Assembly: GCF_000143415.4 (NCBI RefSeq)
Contig: NW_003314366.1
Location: 540,568-604,567, forward strand
Length of the DNA: 64,000 bases
Direction: 5' to 3'
Source: Selaginella moellendorffii
Lineage: Eukaryota > Plantae > Lycopodiophyta
Shown here: positions 40,501 to 50,722 of the stretch, in pieces
Layout: each line of letters starts with the position of its first letter
Numbering within the stretch: position 1 is the stretch's first letter
The notes under the pieces: generated by a model
Told to the model about the DNA's origin: nothing
Databases searched by the model: none
Seen by the model: the letters and a program-made list of their open reading frames with translations, nothing else
Program-made: the position numbers and the translations under genes

Positions 40501-40716
40501 CAAGGCAACAACAACATTTACCCCGACGACCATCTCTCCTCGTTCAATAGCGACCACATTCCCATCGAAGACAGTCTCTACTGATACAGCAGCATTGCCT
40601 TCCCCAAGCCTTTGACAGTGTATAACAAAGTTCCGATCCATAGACACAAAGGTCCCTTTTGCAACTCTCTTCCCACCATTCAAAATGTAAACCTTTTCCC
40701 CAACCCTGAAGGCCAT
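37575..40716 (-). pseudogene. Sola1-like transposase (~1030 codons) with two premature stops
   Basis: ORFs 39406-40716, 39001-39399 and 37648-38874 are all in one frame, separated by TGA (39406-08) and TAG (39001-03). Motifs KCDEC, IIHDKMD, LQTDNAGSENK, LMVGHTHEDVDAMFS. A probable last intron ~37661-37610 adds GEQSESESEEA*. Confidence 0.85.
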
Positions 40717-41080
40717 TCTGAAAGTGCAGAAAAGAAGTTAAGACCATACAAAAAATGATTGGAGAATGGCCTAAATCATAACATACCAAACAACCTCAAT
40801 AGCATGAGGCCACATGCCATTATTCAAACATGCTATTGACACCCACGTGAAATTTCGCATTCACAAAATTGGCATGAGGCCTCATGCCATCTTGATATAC
40901 ACACAGCTGCAGGCAAGTAAAAACATACATGACAATACGCTAGCCATGAAATTGCAAGGGCCCAAGATGGCATGTGGCCTCATGCCATTTCTAAATGTGG
41001 TCCTAAGCCATTCCATGGTGAACATACCAGGAAGCACAAGTGCCGAATATCAAGAGGAAGCGGTAGCCACACCAAAGACA

Positions 41081-41215
41081 GTGCCGCTCGCAACACCGCA
41101 ACTACTCGTAGCGCCGCTCGCAACACCGCAACTGCTCGTAGCGCCGCTCGCACAAACTGCCACTCGCATAAACTGCCGCTCGCAATGGCGCTCGCAATGC
41201 CGCAACCGCTCGTAG
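41081..41215. repeat. CG-rich 30-bp tandem repeat upstream of the transposase
   Basis: GCGCCGCTCGCAACACCGCAACTRCTCGTA, 2-3 copies, then CGCTCGCA units. Confidence 0.8.
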
Positions 41216-43269
41216 ACGCATAAACCACAGCCCACAACGCCGCTTACACAAGCAGCGCTCACTGCGCTCAGCGGAACCAAGAACACGGCGCACAAAAATG
41301 ATAGACCTAGGAATGAGTTCGAGAATTCAAAAATAACACACGCTTGAACGTCACATCAAATCCTCTGACAAACCAGATCTTATGATTCCTCTGACAAATT
41401 TCAAACTGAGTAGCTTCTAGACTTTGCTGTCGGAGGTTGAACTTTGTCACATCATGTCCTTGCCTCGATCTAGCTGTGCCATGTCAGTGATTCGAACTTT
41501 GCCATGCCATGTCAGCGATCCGCGCCAAGATTATTCGACGTGTAAAGGAATAATTATGCTGTGTGTGTACGTCCATTTATGGCAATATAAGGCCACACGC
41601 CATTCAAAGAATAATGCTCGACATAAGGCCACACGCCATTCAAAGAATAATGCTAGTCGAGCATTTTTTGGTGCATTTCTGGGTTCAAAATTGCATGAGC
41701 CCACACGCTATAAAGTTTACCTGTACCAAAAATAGAAACAGCTTTATTTACTTGGGAATTTAAGTGGTTGAGGCATTTTTAAACTTACAAACACATGCCC
41801 TACTTACATTCCTTTGGTTGCTTAAAATTCAAAAATATTATAAACCTTTCTTTTTGCATTTTTAATGTTTTCAATTATGGTTTTTGATTTTCGTAGGACC
41901 AGCCTAGTAATCTATTTGCATCCCGTCATGTTTATAGCTAGCTTTCGTTTGTCCCCTTCGCTAGCCTGAGATACATCTGCTCGGCATCTGCCTCTTACAG
42001 CATTTGCCCAGAAAGGGCATCTTTCTTCACGCAGCATTTGCCACATGTTTAGGGTTTAGGGTTTAGCAATTCAGTAGCTTGATAAACATGCAAATACAGA
42101 ACTTGATGCAAAATCCTTTGATATGTCACAATGCCCCTAGGACCATAAACACATTTCAATAGAGAGGGTCCTTTCATTTCATAACTCCTTACGTAGATCT
42201 TGGTGAAACCAGAGTTAGTGAAGTTAGTTTCTTGTGATCCTGCATCTGATTGTGATGTCCCTTTGCAGTGTCGATGGAAAGGTCAATGCACACCAAACTG
42301 TAAAATCTTGGAGAAAAATAACGGTCGGATCTATGGCAAATGCCCCTGAAACATTGTAAGGCTCGTGTGGTCTCATGTGGTGTCCGATCGAGATGCTTCT
42401 TTGCAGAGTCATCAAGAAAGACATTGTATACCATTCTGTAAAATCTAGTTGCGATCTAACGGTTGGATCTCCAGAAAACTCAAAAAAATCTCGCACGTGT
42501 CAGAATATTCTAGGAATATACTCCTATGTGCCCCTGAAAATGGCATGCGGCCCCACGCCATTCAAGAGATAACGCCAGATGACGCCGAGAATTTTTTGGT
42601 GCATTTTTTGGGTTCAAAATTGCATGAGCCCACACGCTATAAAGTTTATCTTTGCCAAATAGAGAAAAGTTTATCTGTGTCATGTGAGGTAGTTACAGTC
42701 CTTTGTGCTCGGCATCTGCCTCTTGCAGCATTTGCACTGAAAGGGAATTTTTCTCCATTCAGCATTTGGCCCTGAAAATGGCATGCGCCCACACGCCATT
42801 CAAGGAATAACGCCATAGGACGCCTGGATTTTTGGGTTTAAAATGTTTAGGGTTTTTTGGGTTTTTTCAAAATATTTTGGGTCCAACGTTTTTTGGGTTT
42901 CTTTGGTTCAAAATTGCATGAGCCCACATGCTATAATATTGATTTGAGAGAAAAATAGAAATAGATAGAATTTCTTTATTTAGCTGAACATCTGCCATTT
43001 TTGGAAATACAAGATGCTTTGGAATATCCAATCATGCATGGTATAAATATAGCGAGGGTATTAAATGATATCCCAATCATGATCTTTCTTTTGGATTTCG
43101 CGTGCATGTAGTCCGAGGAATGATGACGTTGCGGATTTCTTTTGGATTTTGCATGCTTGCATGCGCACGGCAATCCAGAAATTAATGGTGGCGCCCAAGT
43201 CCGAGGAATGATGACGTGGCGGGATTACCAACCATTGTGACATTTCGCGCGTGTGAGGTTAGGTTTTGC

Positions 43270-43480
43270 ATTTTGCTTCATACTCGCGCTCGCACACTCG
43301 CGCTCGCGCTCGCATCACACTCGTGCTCGCGCTCGCATCACACTCGCGCTCGCATCGCGCTCCCACTCGCGATCACGCTCATATTTGCGCCTTCTCTACA
43401 GGTTTCTCGTGTGCATCGGCGTCCACTCGCGCTTGCATCACACTCGCGCTCGCATCGCGCTCGTGTGCATCGGCGTCCAC
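43270..43480. repeat. CG-rich CGCTCGCATCACACT-type repeats upstream of the cargo gene
   Basis: Multiple CGCGCTCGCATCACACT units and a duplicated TCGTGTGCATCGGCGTCCACT. Confidence 0.75.
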
Positions 43481-43674
43481 TTTTGTAACTTCGCCGCCAA
43501 CTCCGCCGCCCACTCCGCCACCCACACGCAGCCCACTTGGCGTCCCGGGAGATTTCAGCGCCACTCTCCAACTGTAAGTGGCAGAGTAGCCTTGCTGCTA
43601 CGATCCGCTGCACACACAGTGCACATTTGCCAGCGAGTCCGGCCTCGATTGTCACGGCCTCCATTCGGCTTCAA

Positions 43675-46600
43675 ATGGTAAGTCTTTTAGGCCAAGTAGA
43701 AAATGGCATGAGGCCACATGCCATTCATTAGCAACATTGGCATGCACCGATTGGGCTCTCGAGTGCAGTCCAGTTACAGATGGCGTGTAGCCTCACGCCA
43801 TCTTAGGATGTAGCCTCAAGACATCTGATGCAGTGGTGAATGGCGTGTGGCCTCACGTTATTTCCAGCTGCTAGCTTTTCATCTGTCAGCTCTAATTGTT
43901 GTGCATTTCTGAACAGGCGAGGAATTGCGTTCTTCTTCCAGCCACTGTCAATGTGGATGCAGAGAAGGGGGAGGAGCTCACCAGTTGGACTTTCGGGATG
44001 GAAGGCGAGGATCTGATGCTGTACAACACAGATGGTGGGAGAAAAGAATGCATGGGGATCCTCATCCAAGTGACAGACACTCCATGCAGTTCCATGCAAG
44101 AATATGGACTGGCACTTGTGGTAGAGACAGCGTCCGCCTTCAAGATCCACCTTGCACATCCTAGCGGCTTCCCGGAGGGGGGCAGCGGCTATGAGGTATT
44201 CCTAGAGGGAGCTAGGGAGAGGTTGTCCAGGAGGCCCACAATTTCAAAGACGCTGCGGGTTTATGAAGATCACATGGAATCCACGGACCTCACCTACGGC
44301 GATGTTCAAAAACTATATTCCAACATTGAGCCGTTGAGAGTGCCTCCAGTTTGCGAAGCGAAGGGGAAGGGGGTCGATCTGGAAACTACCCCGAAGCAGA
44401 AAAGGGTGGTCAAGCTCAAGCCGACGTCCGACTCTGCTGCTCCAAAAAAGAAGCTACTCGGTGATGCCATTGCCTCGGGTTCGAACACTACACCCACCAA
44501 AAAGAAGAGCCGCAAAGAGCAGAAAGAGCAAGAAGAGGCAGCAAAAATCGTCGCAGATAATAGTACTTGTTACTATTCCAACAAAGTATATACAATCGAC
44601 GTGAGCCGTATCGAGATCCAAAGCAAATACAACCACAGGCTAGTATCTGATGAGTGGGTGGAGAAACTGAAGCAGAAGATGCTGGCAAGTCCAGTAACAC
44701 CCGACATCGCAGACGTGATCCCCTACTACCGAACAATGAAGGGCGAGACGAGGTTTCCAGACTTGATCAATAGGAAGGTGTTGGACGATCAGAACGTCCG
44801 GTTCTATGCCGTCTCCGGGCAGCATTCTAGCTTGGCGATGCAACAGATAGTTGTGGATATTATGGTGGGCGAGGAGGTGAAGAAAGTCTTCAAGACAAGA
44901 GTTGTCCGCCTGATAAAAGGCAACTCGCCCCTCCGATCTATCATATACATCTCCCACGCGCAGAATGTCAAGCAAGAAACGTGCTACAAATTGGGTCTGC
45001 ACGAGACATTGGCACGAACACGGAAGCTCTGGGTTCAACTGAAGAAGCCACAAAAACCAGGACAAGGACGTGCACTAGCAACTAGCGCATGGCAGGTAAG
45101 CCTCGTTGCATGTGGCATAGCATGTGGCCTCACGCCATTTCCATTGCAGGAATTCTCGAGTCTTCTCTCAAAAACACTGGGGGTCAATGACACACTCAGC
45201 ATCCATAACATTCTACTCGCGACAAAAGTTGTTTTTGACAAATGGGTAGATGTGCTGAGGAAGTACCATGACGGGGAGTTGCTAAACTCAATGGGTGTGG
45301 AGGACGGCCGGAAGCCCAATGATTTGAAGCTCAACGCCTTGCGTTTCTCGCGGTCTCTAGACGACGACGACCTTCTGACAGTGGCTAATGCTCTTCTACG
45401 TGGTGAGGTAGTCTTCAACAAGACCAAAATGACTCCCGGCCATATTGTGACATACGAGGACTTGTGCACGACTCTGAGAGCTCGTGCGCTATTGAAGGAT
45501 TGGATCTTCGAGCAAGTGGCCGTGGAGAGGGTGAGCATCGACACCACGCAAGAGATGATGGAAGAGCTGGACTTGTCAAATGAAGACATCGACGACTACG
45601 TGAAGGGGGCTCCCAAGTTCATCGATCTGCTGCGGGATGCCACAAAAAGTAAAGCTGAGAAGTTGGATCAGTATCCAAATTTCATTAAGAGGGATGTGGA
45701 CCGCCGGCTTCAGAAACAGCTCGACCCCGCAGCAGAGGCCTATCGAGAACCTTACCGGGTATACGTGAATTCGGATGAGGATCAAAGGTGGAGGAGCATC
45801 GTTTCCCGCGGAGATGAGCAGGTCAAGAACATCTTTTGTGTGATGGACTTCACAAACGAGGAGATCACTCATGCAGACGAAGTCAGCTCCATCATTGACT
45901 TAATGGTGGGACTTGCGGAGGTGGAATCTTCAGTCCACTATATGATCTACGACTTCGAATCCTATCACAAGTTCTGGAAGGCCTTGAACGAGGTGAAGGC
46001 TTGGTTGAAAGGCAAGGAGATGCAGGAGATCCATGGTATAATGGCTAAGAAGAAGATACCGACGAATGTCCGCATCTTCACACTCGCCCTTGTTATTGGT
46101 CCTGCAGCAGAGTGGGACTGGAGTGACTTCCCAGCTTCGTTCGACAAGGCCGATCGAATTGATCTGAGGGAGGTCAATTTACCCGTGCCTGAGGAACTGA
46201 AGACGGCTATGGAGCTTTCGAATCCAAAGAAAGCTCCAGGTGCAGCATGGGAAATGCTCAGCTGGGTCTTCAACGCAATAGCGGGTGACTCCAAGGGCAA
46301 ATGCGTTGTCGAGTACAACTGCGGCGGACTATTCTTTCGAGCCGCACTACTCAAGGGTGTCCCGTGTGTTGCGGTGACAAACTCTATTGAAGAGGTGACT
46401 TCAATGGAGCATATAATTACAGTTGCCAAAGAAAAACAGTATCTTCTCTACGAACCTGGTGAGTACGCACTTTAAGTTTAAATGTTATCTCACAAGCTCT
46501 GTATGCAGGAGCGTGGCCACCCCCAGATGCTGAAACGGCGTTAACAGCTACTGTTGGGCCGAGCTCACAACCTGCACAAGGTAAGGTCACGTGAGGCCTC

Positions 46601-49265
46601 ACGCCATTTTGATTATAGATCGTTGTGAATATTCAGACACGAGGACTGAAAAGCGCACTGGTGGCGCGTCGAAGAAGGACAAACAGACAAGCAATAGGAA
46701 AAAAGGAGGTACAAATTATATTTGCAATGGCGTGTGGTCTCATGCCATTCCTTGCAGGAGACACTTCTTCAAAGGCAAAACAGGCAAGCACCAGCCAAGC
46801 TCAAACTGACAGTGGTCATAAAAAGCGAAAGCACGTTGGACAGTCGTCGGGATCAGAGGCGTTTGATTCGAAAAGGAAGAAGGGCAACGAAAAGATGATA
46901 GGTAATGCCTCGCGGTTATGGCGTGTGTGCTCATGCCATTCATTGCAGATCAAGGGCTGAGTAAAAGGAGCCAGTCACCACCTTCTGACTCAGATTCCTA
47001 TGGCGGACTCCCCTTCCCCAATCTCAATGGAGAGGTACAATGGATGAGGGATGCTTTTCAAGTCAGGGCCACGTTTTTCTCATCTCGTCGTCTTCGAAGG
47101 GTGCAAGAACGTGCAGAAACCATGTTAAGACAGTCGCGTGAGGATACGGTCCTAGGTCAAGCACTAAAACAGGCTATGGATGTCTTGTATTTTGAGATGG
47201 AGACTCGGCCAGATGATTTTCCCAAGATGGTCCTGGAAAAACAAGCCATCCAGCCTGAGCAGCCTATGGAAGAAATGCAGGAGGGGGATGAGGAGCCAGA
47301 GAAAGATAATGAGCAGGAAGAGCAGAAGGACGAAGAGGAGGACAAAGAAGAGGAGGACGAAGAAGAGGAGGACGAAGAGGACTTGGATGGTCCTCACAAT
47401 GGTGACGATCACAATAACGACGATGACGATGATGACGACGATGGCCAGCCTGAGGTGGCCAAAGAGCAGCGGAGGAAGGTCATACAAGACAAACCATCAG
47501 GTAAATAATAGTACATCCATTCCTAACCTTTTACCATTTCTAACATTGTCCATGTAGGTCGCAGAGCAAATGGTAAGTAGAGATTATTCAGTTGAATTAA
47601 GATACAAACTCTAGCCTTTAGTGTCGAGGAAGGATAGTGCCAAGCAAGGGTCGAAACGTATGTCCAATCCTTCAGAATCAGCAGTGCGCCCAAGTGATAT
47701 CGGTCCTAGTTCCTCAATAGCAGTTGATGGTAAATACAGTATAGTCGATTCAATGTGCTAATGAGTTTGTTTTTAGTAGCGACTAGGGAGGATACCATCT
47801 CAATCGAAGGGAGATATTTGGACATGCATATGGATCCGCCAGTGGACTCTACTTGCCTGCAAGAGTCATCAGAGCTGGTGGAGGCTACTATCCATATCAA
47901 CGCCAAGCAAGCTGACCACGCTCCACTTGATGCTGCCCATACCACTGAGTCAATCTTGTCCACGTATCCAACTGACGGTGACCAGGCGCCATTGGACCCG
48001 CATGAGGCCGCCCCAGCCGCCGAGCCGGTCGTATCCTCATTTCCAACGTGTGCCCAATCGTCTGACTACGCGCCGTTGGAACCTCCCTACACCGCCCCTG
48101 CTGCCTGTTCGGTCATGTCCACTTTGCCAACGGAGGCACCAGCTGAAATGGCGTGTGATCACACGCCATCGGAACCACCCCATGCCACTGTTGAGCCAGT
48201 TGTACCAGAGTCTACAGCTGAAATGGCATGTGCCCACACGCCATCGGATGCGATTGACCCCACATTGCAGAGGAGAGTATTTCCGCCCTTCACGTTTCCT
48301 CGACCAAAACCCTCTGAACGACCATCGGGAGCACCATTCGCTAATATTGTAGATGGTAAAATTGACTTGTACCATTTTTTATGCTGACGCATTTCATTTC
48401 AGAGTCACGGCGAAAGTACTGTATCGTTTTTGATCTGAACGGTGTCCTTTTCTCCCATGAGCGTGGCTCGTCCTCGAATGTCACTGCACCCTCCAAAGCC
48501 TGCGGTCGCAAGTTGGTCAAAAGAGACAGATTCACATTAATCACACGGGAGAAACTGCGGGATCTAATAATGACCATGCGACACTTAAAACAGAGGGCCG
48601 GGTTCAATTTGCAATTGGGAGTTTGGACATCCATGATGCGCCACAATGCATTAACGTTGCTACAGATGATGCACGATCAGACGCGAGTAATATTACCATT
48701 TGACTTTCTCCTAACGCAGGAGGATTGCTTGACTATGGTCCATGTGAGGGGTAGCAAGCCCATCTTCGTCAAGGCAGAGGCTGTAGTGATGAACCGGACT
48801 GCTAGGTCAAGTGAAATCCTCATCATCGATGACTCGCCGATTAAAACTGCAGCGAACACGCACACATATGTAGTGCATCCCATCTCTTGCAGTATGGAAA
48901 CTAGGGAGAAGAAACCGTATGTTCTGGGGGACCTTGCAAAACGGCTTGAAGCGATGGTGATAGAGAACCGGCCAGTCCAGGAGGTGGCTGCAGAAATCAA
49001 CCAAATGGCAGATGGAATGGTATATCAGAAGCCATTTGATCGGACAGACACTAGTCATCATTTATGGCATGTATATTGTCTAGCCAAGCACTATCCGCAT
49101 CTCCATAATCTGCTCAACCGGATGGGTTCTTCGACCACTGAACATGAGCGTGGACGTATTAGAGAAGAGATGGCATTACTATTGGGTTTAAATCCTGATA
49201 GTGTGGAGAGTGATGAAATTCCAAGATTATTGTATAGGCGTTGGAGGCAAAAAATAACAGTCTGA
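43675..49265 (+). CDS. Intact predicted 11-exon cargo gene (~1631 aa): ParB/Srx-like + degenerate N4C/N6A MTase-like + acidic region + FCP1-like HAD phosphatase
   Basis: Exons 43675-77, 43917-45095, 45150-46458, 46509-580, 46637-708, 46758-901, 46949-47500, 47558-572, 47622-729, 47777-48355 and 48403-49265. All introns are GT-AG and phase-compatible, giving 4896 nt with no internal stop. Motifs YNHRLVSDEWVEKLK...FYAVSGQHS, CVVEYNCGG..RAALLKG..CVAV, IVFDLNGVL...VWTS...IIDDSP.K. Confidence 0.75.
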
Positions 49266-49670
49266 GATGGCATGTATTTATTTAAAAATGTAACTTATTA
49301 TGGCATGGGGTTCCATGCCATTGTATTAATATTAAAAGACAATTCTTTGAGAGGATTTGCATTTACAGCATGTTATTGGAAGTCTACGAAGTTGTTTTAT
49401 TAATAAGGGGAAAGTAAAGATTGAATGGGGACTTGGGCTCCACCTAGACTCGGAGCAACTGAGCCAATATTAAAAGGATGGAAAGAAATTGGACGACAAT
49501 GACAAGGAGAAGAGAGAGGTGAAGCAGTGGCAGGGGGAGGAGAAGTGATTAAGTAGACATTTCCTTGTTTAAAATAAAATGGCATGTGCCTCAATGCAGT
49601 TGAATTTTGTTATATTTATATACTATATAAAGATTTGGAAACCTTATTTTACAAGTGGGATAATGACAAT

Positions 49671-49694
49671 TCCCACTTTAACGAAATAGAGCTT
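49671..49694 (-). repeat. Right TIR
   Basis: TCCCACTTTAACGAAATAGAGCTT, the exact reverse complement of 36017-36040, followed by CATT. Confidence 0.95.
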
Positions 49695-50429
49695 CATTCC
49701 AATCCCCACTAAGTCCCTTTGTGTCCATGGCCGTGTTCGCCAACACTGCCACTGGATCGAGGCCCACTGGCTTGACCACTAAGTCCCACGGTCCTCTGGG
49801 ACTTCCTCACCACACGACTGTGTCCTTGGTCACTACCCCAGAGGACTGCTCCTCTTCCTTTCCACAGTCTGGGCCTTTGGGACAACATTTCGGAACACCG
49901 TGGCCTTACGCGAGCCACCTGGGTACTCTCCTCGCCTTCTGCCCTTGGGTGCTCTAGCCATGGGCTTAGAGCGAGGGTCCATTGAGCCACGCCTGGTATC
50001 CAAGTAGGTAGTGCCACCCACACTTGGACTGGAAGCATCGGCCAGTCGATCTCCCGGGGGAACTAGAGCCGGCTCTTGAACACTTCACCAAGCTACCCCG
50101 CTTGTCGGTCCGTATTCACTCTAGTCTTGGACTTCCCAGTGGTCAGCTCATCACCCAACACTGGGTCTGGCCTTCCTGGGCCCAACTGGCCTTTCCTGGG
50201 CCAAACTGGCCTTTCCTGGCCAAACTGGCTCCACTAGGCTCCAACCCCCACACTCTCCCTACTATACTTTTGGAACCCCCCGCAGCCCCCCCCCCCCCCT
50301 GGGAGACGCACGCTTTGGGCTTTCACCCCTTGACCCGTATTAGTATTTGGACTTAGTCTCTGGCTCAATCTCGGATCCGATTTCGGATCCGACTTCGGAT
50401 TCGGTCTCGGACTTGATCTCAGTCCCGGT

Positions 50430-50722
50430 TCCATCTCGGACTCCATCTCGGGTCCATCTCGGACTCCATCTCGGACTCCATCTCGGACTCCATCTCGGGT
50501 CCATCTCGGACTCTATCTCAGGTCCATCTTGGACTCCATCTCGGGTCCATCTCGGACTCCATCTCGGGTCCATCTCGGACTCCATCTCGGACTCCATCTC
50601 GGGTCCATCTCGGGTCCATCTCGGACTCCATCTCGGAGTCCATCTCGGACTCCATATCGGACTCCATCTCGGACTCCGTCTCGGACTCCATATCAGACTC
50701 CATCTCGGGTCCATCTCGGACT
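50430..50722. repeat. 11/12-bp tandem array in B LTR (CCATCTCGGACT / CCATCTCGGGT)
   Basis: Also at 56178-56503, 15015-15415, 58118-58400, 7900-8200 and 13440-13790. Source of many spurious SDS/RWS-rich ORFs. Confidence 0.9.

Larger units (their letters stand above)
36559..49600. repeat. Dispersed 22-bp palindrome family, ~30 copies, consensus ATGGCRTGNGGCCWCAYGCCAT
   Basis: Copies start at 36559, 36648, 37248, 37408, 37554, 38896, 38953, 40799, 40869, 40967, 41690, 42540, 42619, 42778, 42913, 43703, 43780, 43840, 45117, 46586, 46727, 46918, 48148, 48223 and 49300. More degenerate or half copies at 36243, 37055, 41582, 41618 and 49579. Confidence 0.92.
36017..49694. mobile_element. 13.7-kb Sola1-like DDD cut-and-paste DNA transposon with cargo gene
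   Basis: Perfect 24-bp TIRs and a 4-bp TSD CATT. The empty site is visible in the sister LTR at 55431-55460. Transposase motifs DKMD / DNAGSENK / GHTHEDVD. Confidence 0.9.

Noticed and set aside
36559-49600. Palindromes as a CRISPR array
   Set aside because: Spacing is irregular (36 bp to ~1.8 kb), the centres are degenerate, copies lie in introns and exons, no cas genes are present, and the context is eukaryotic.
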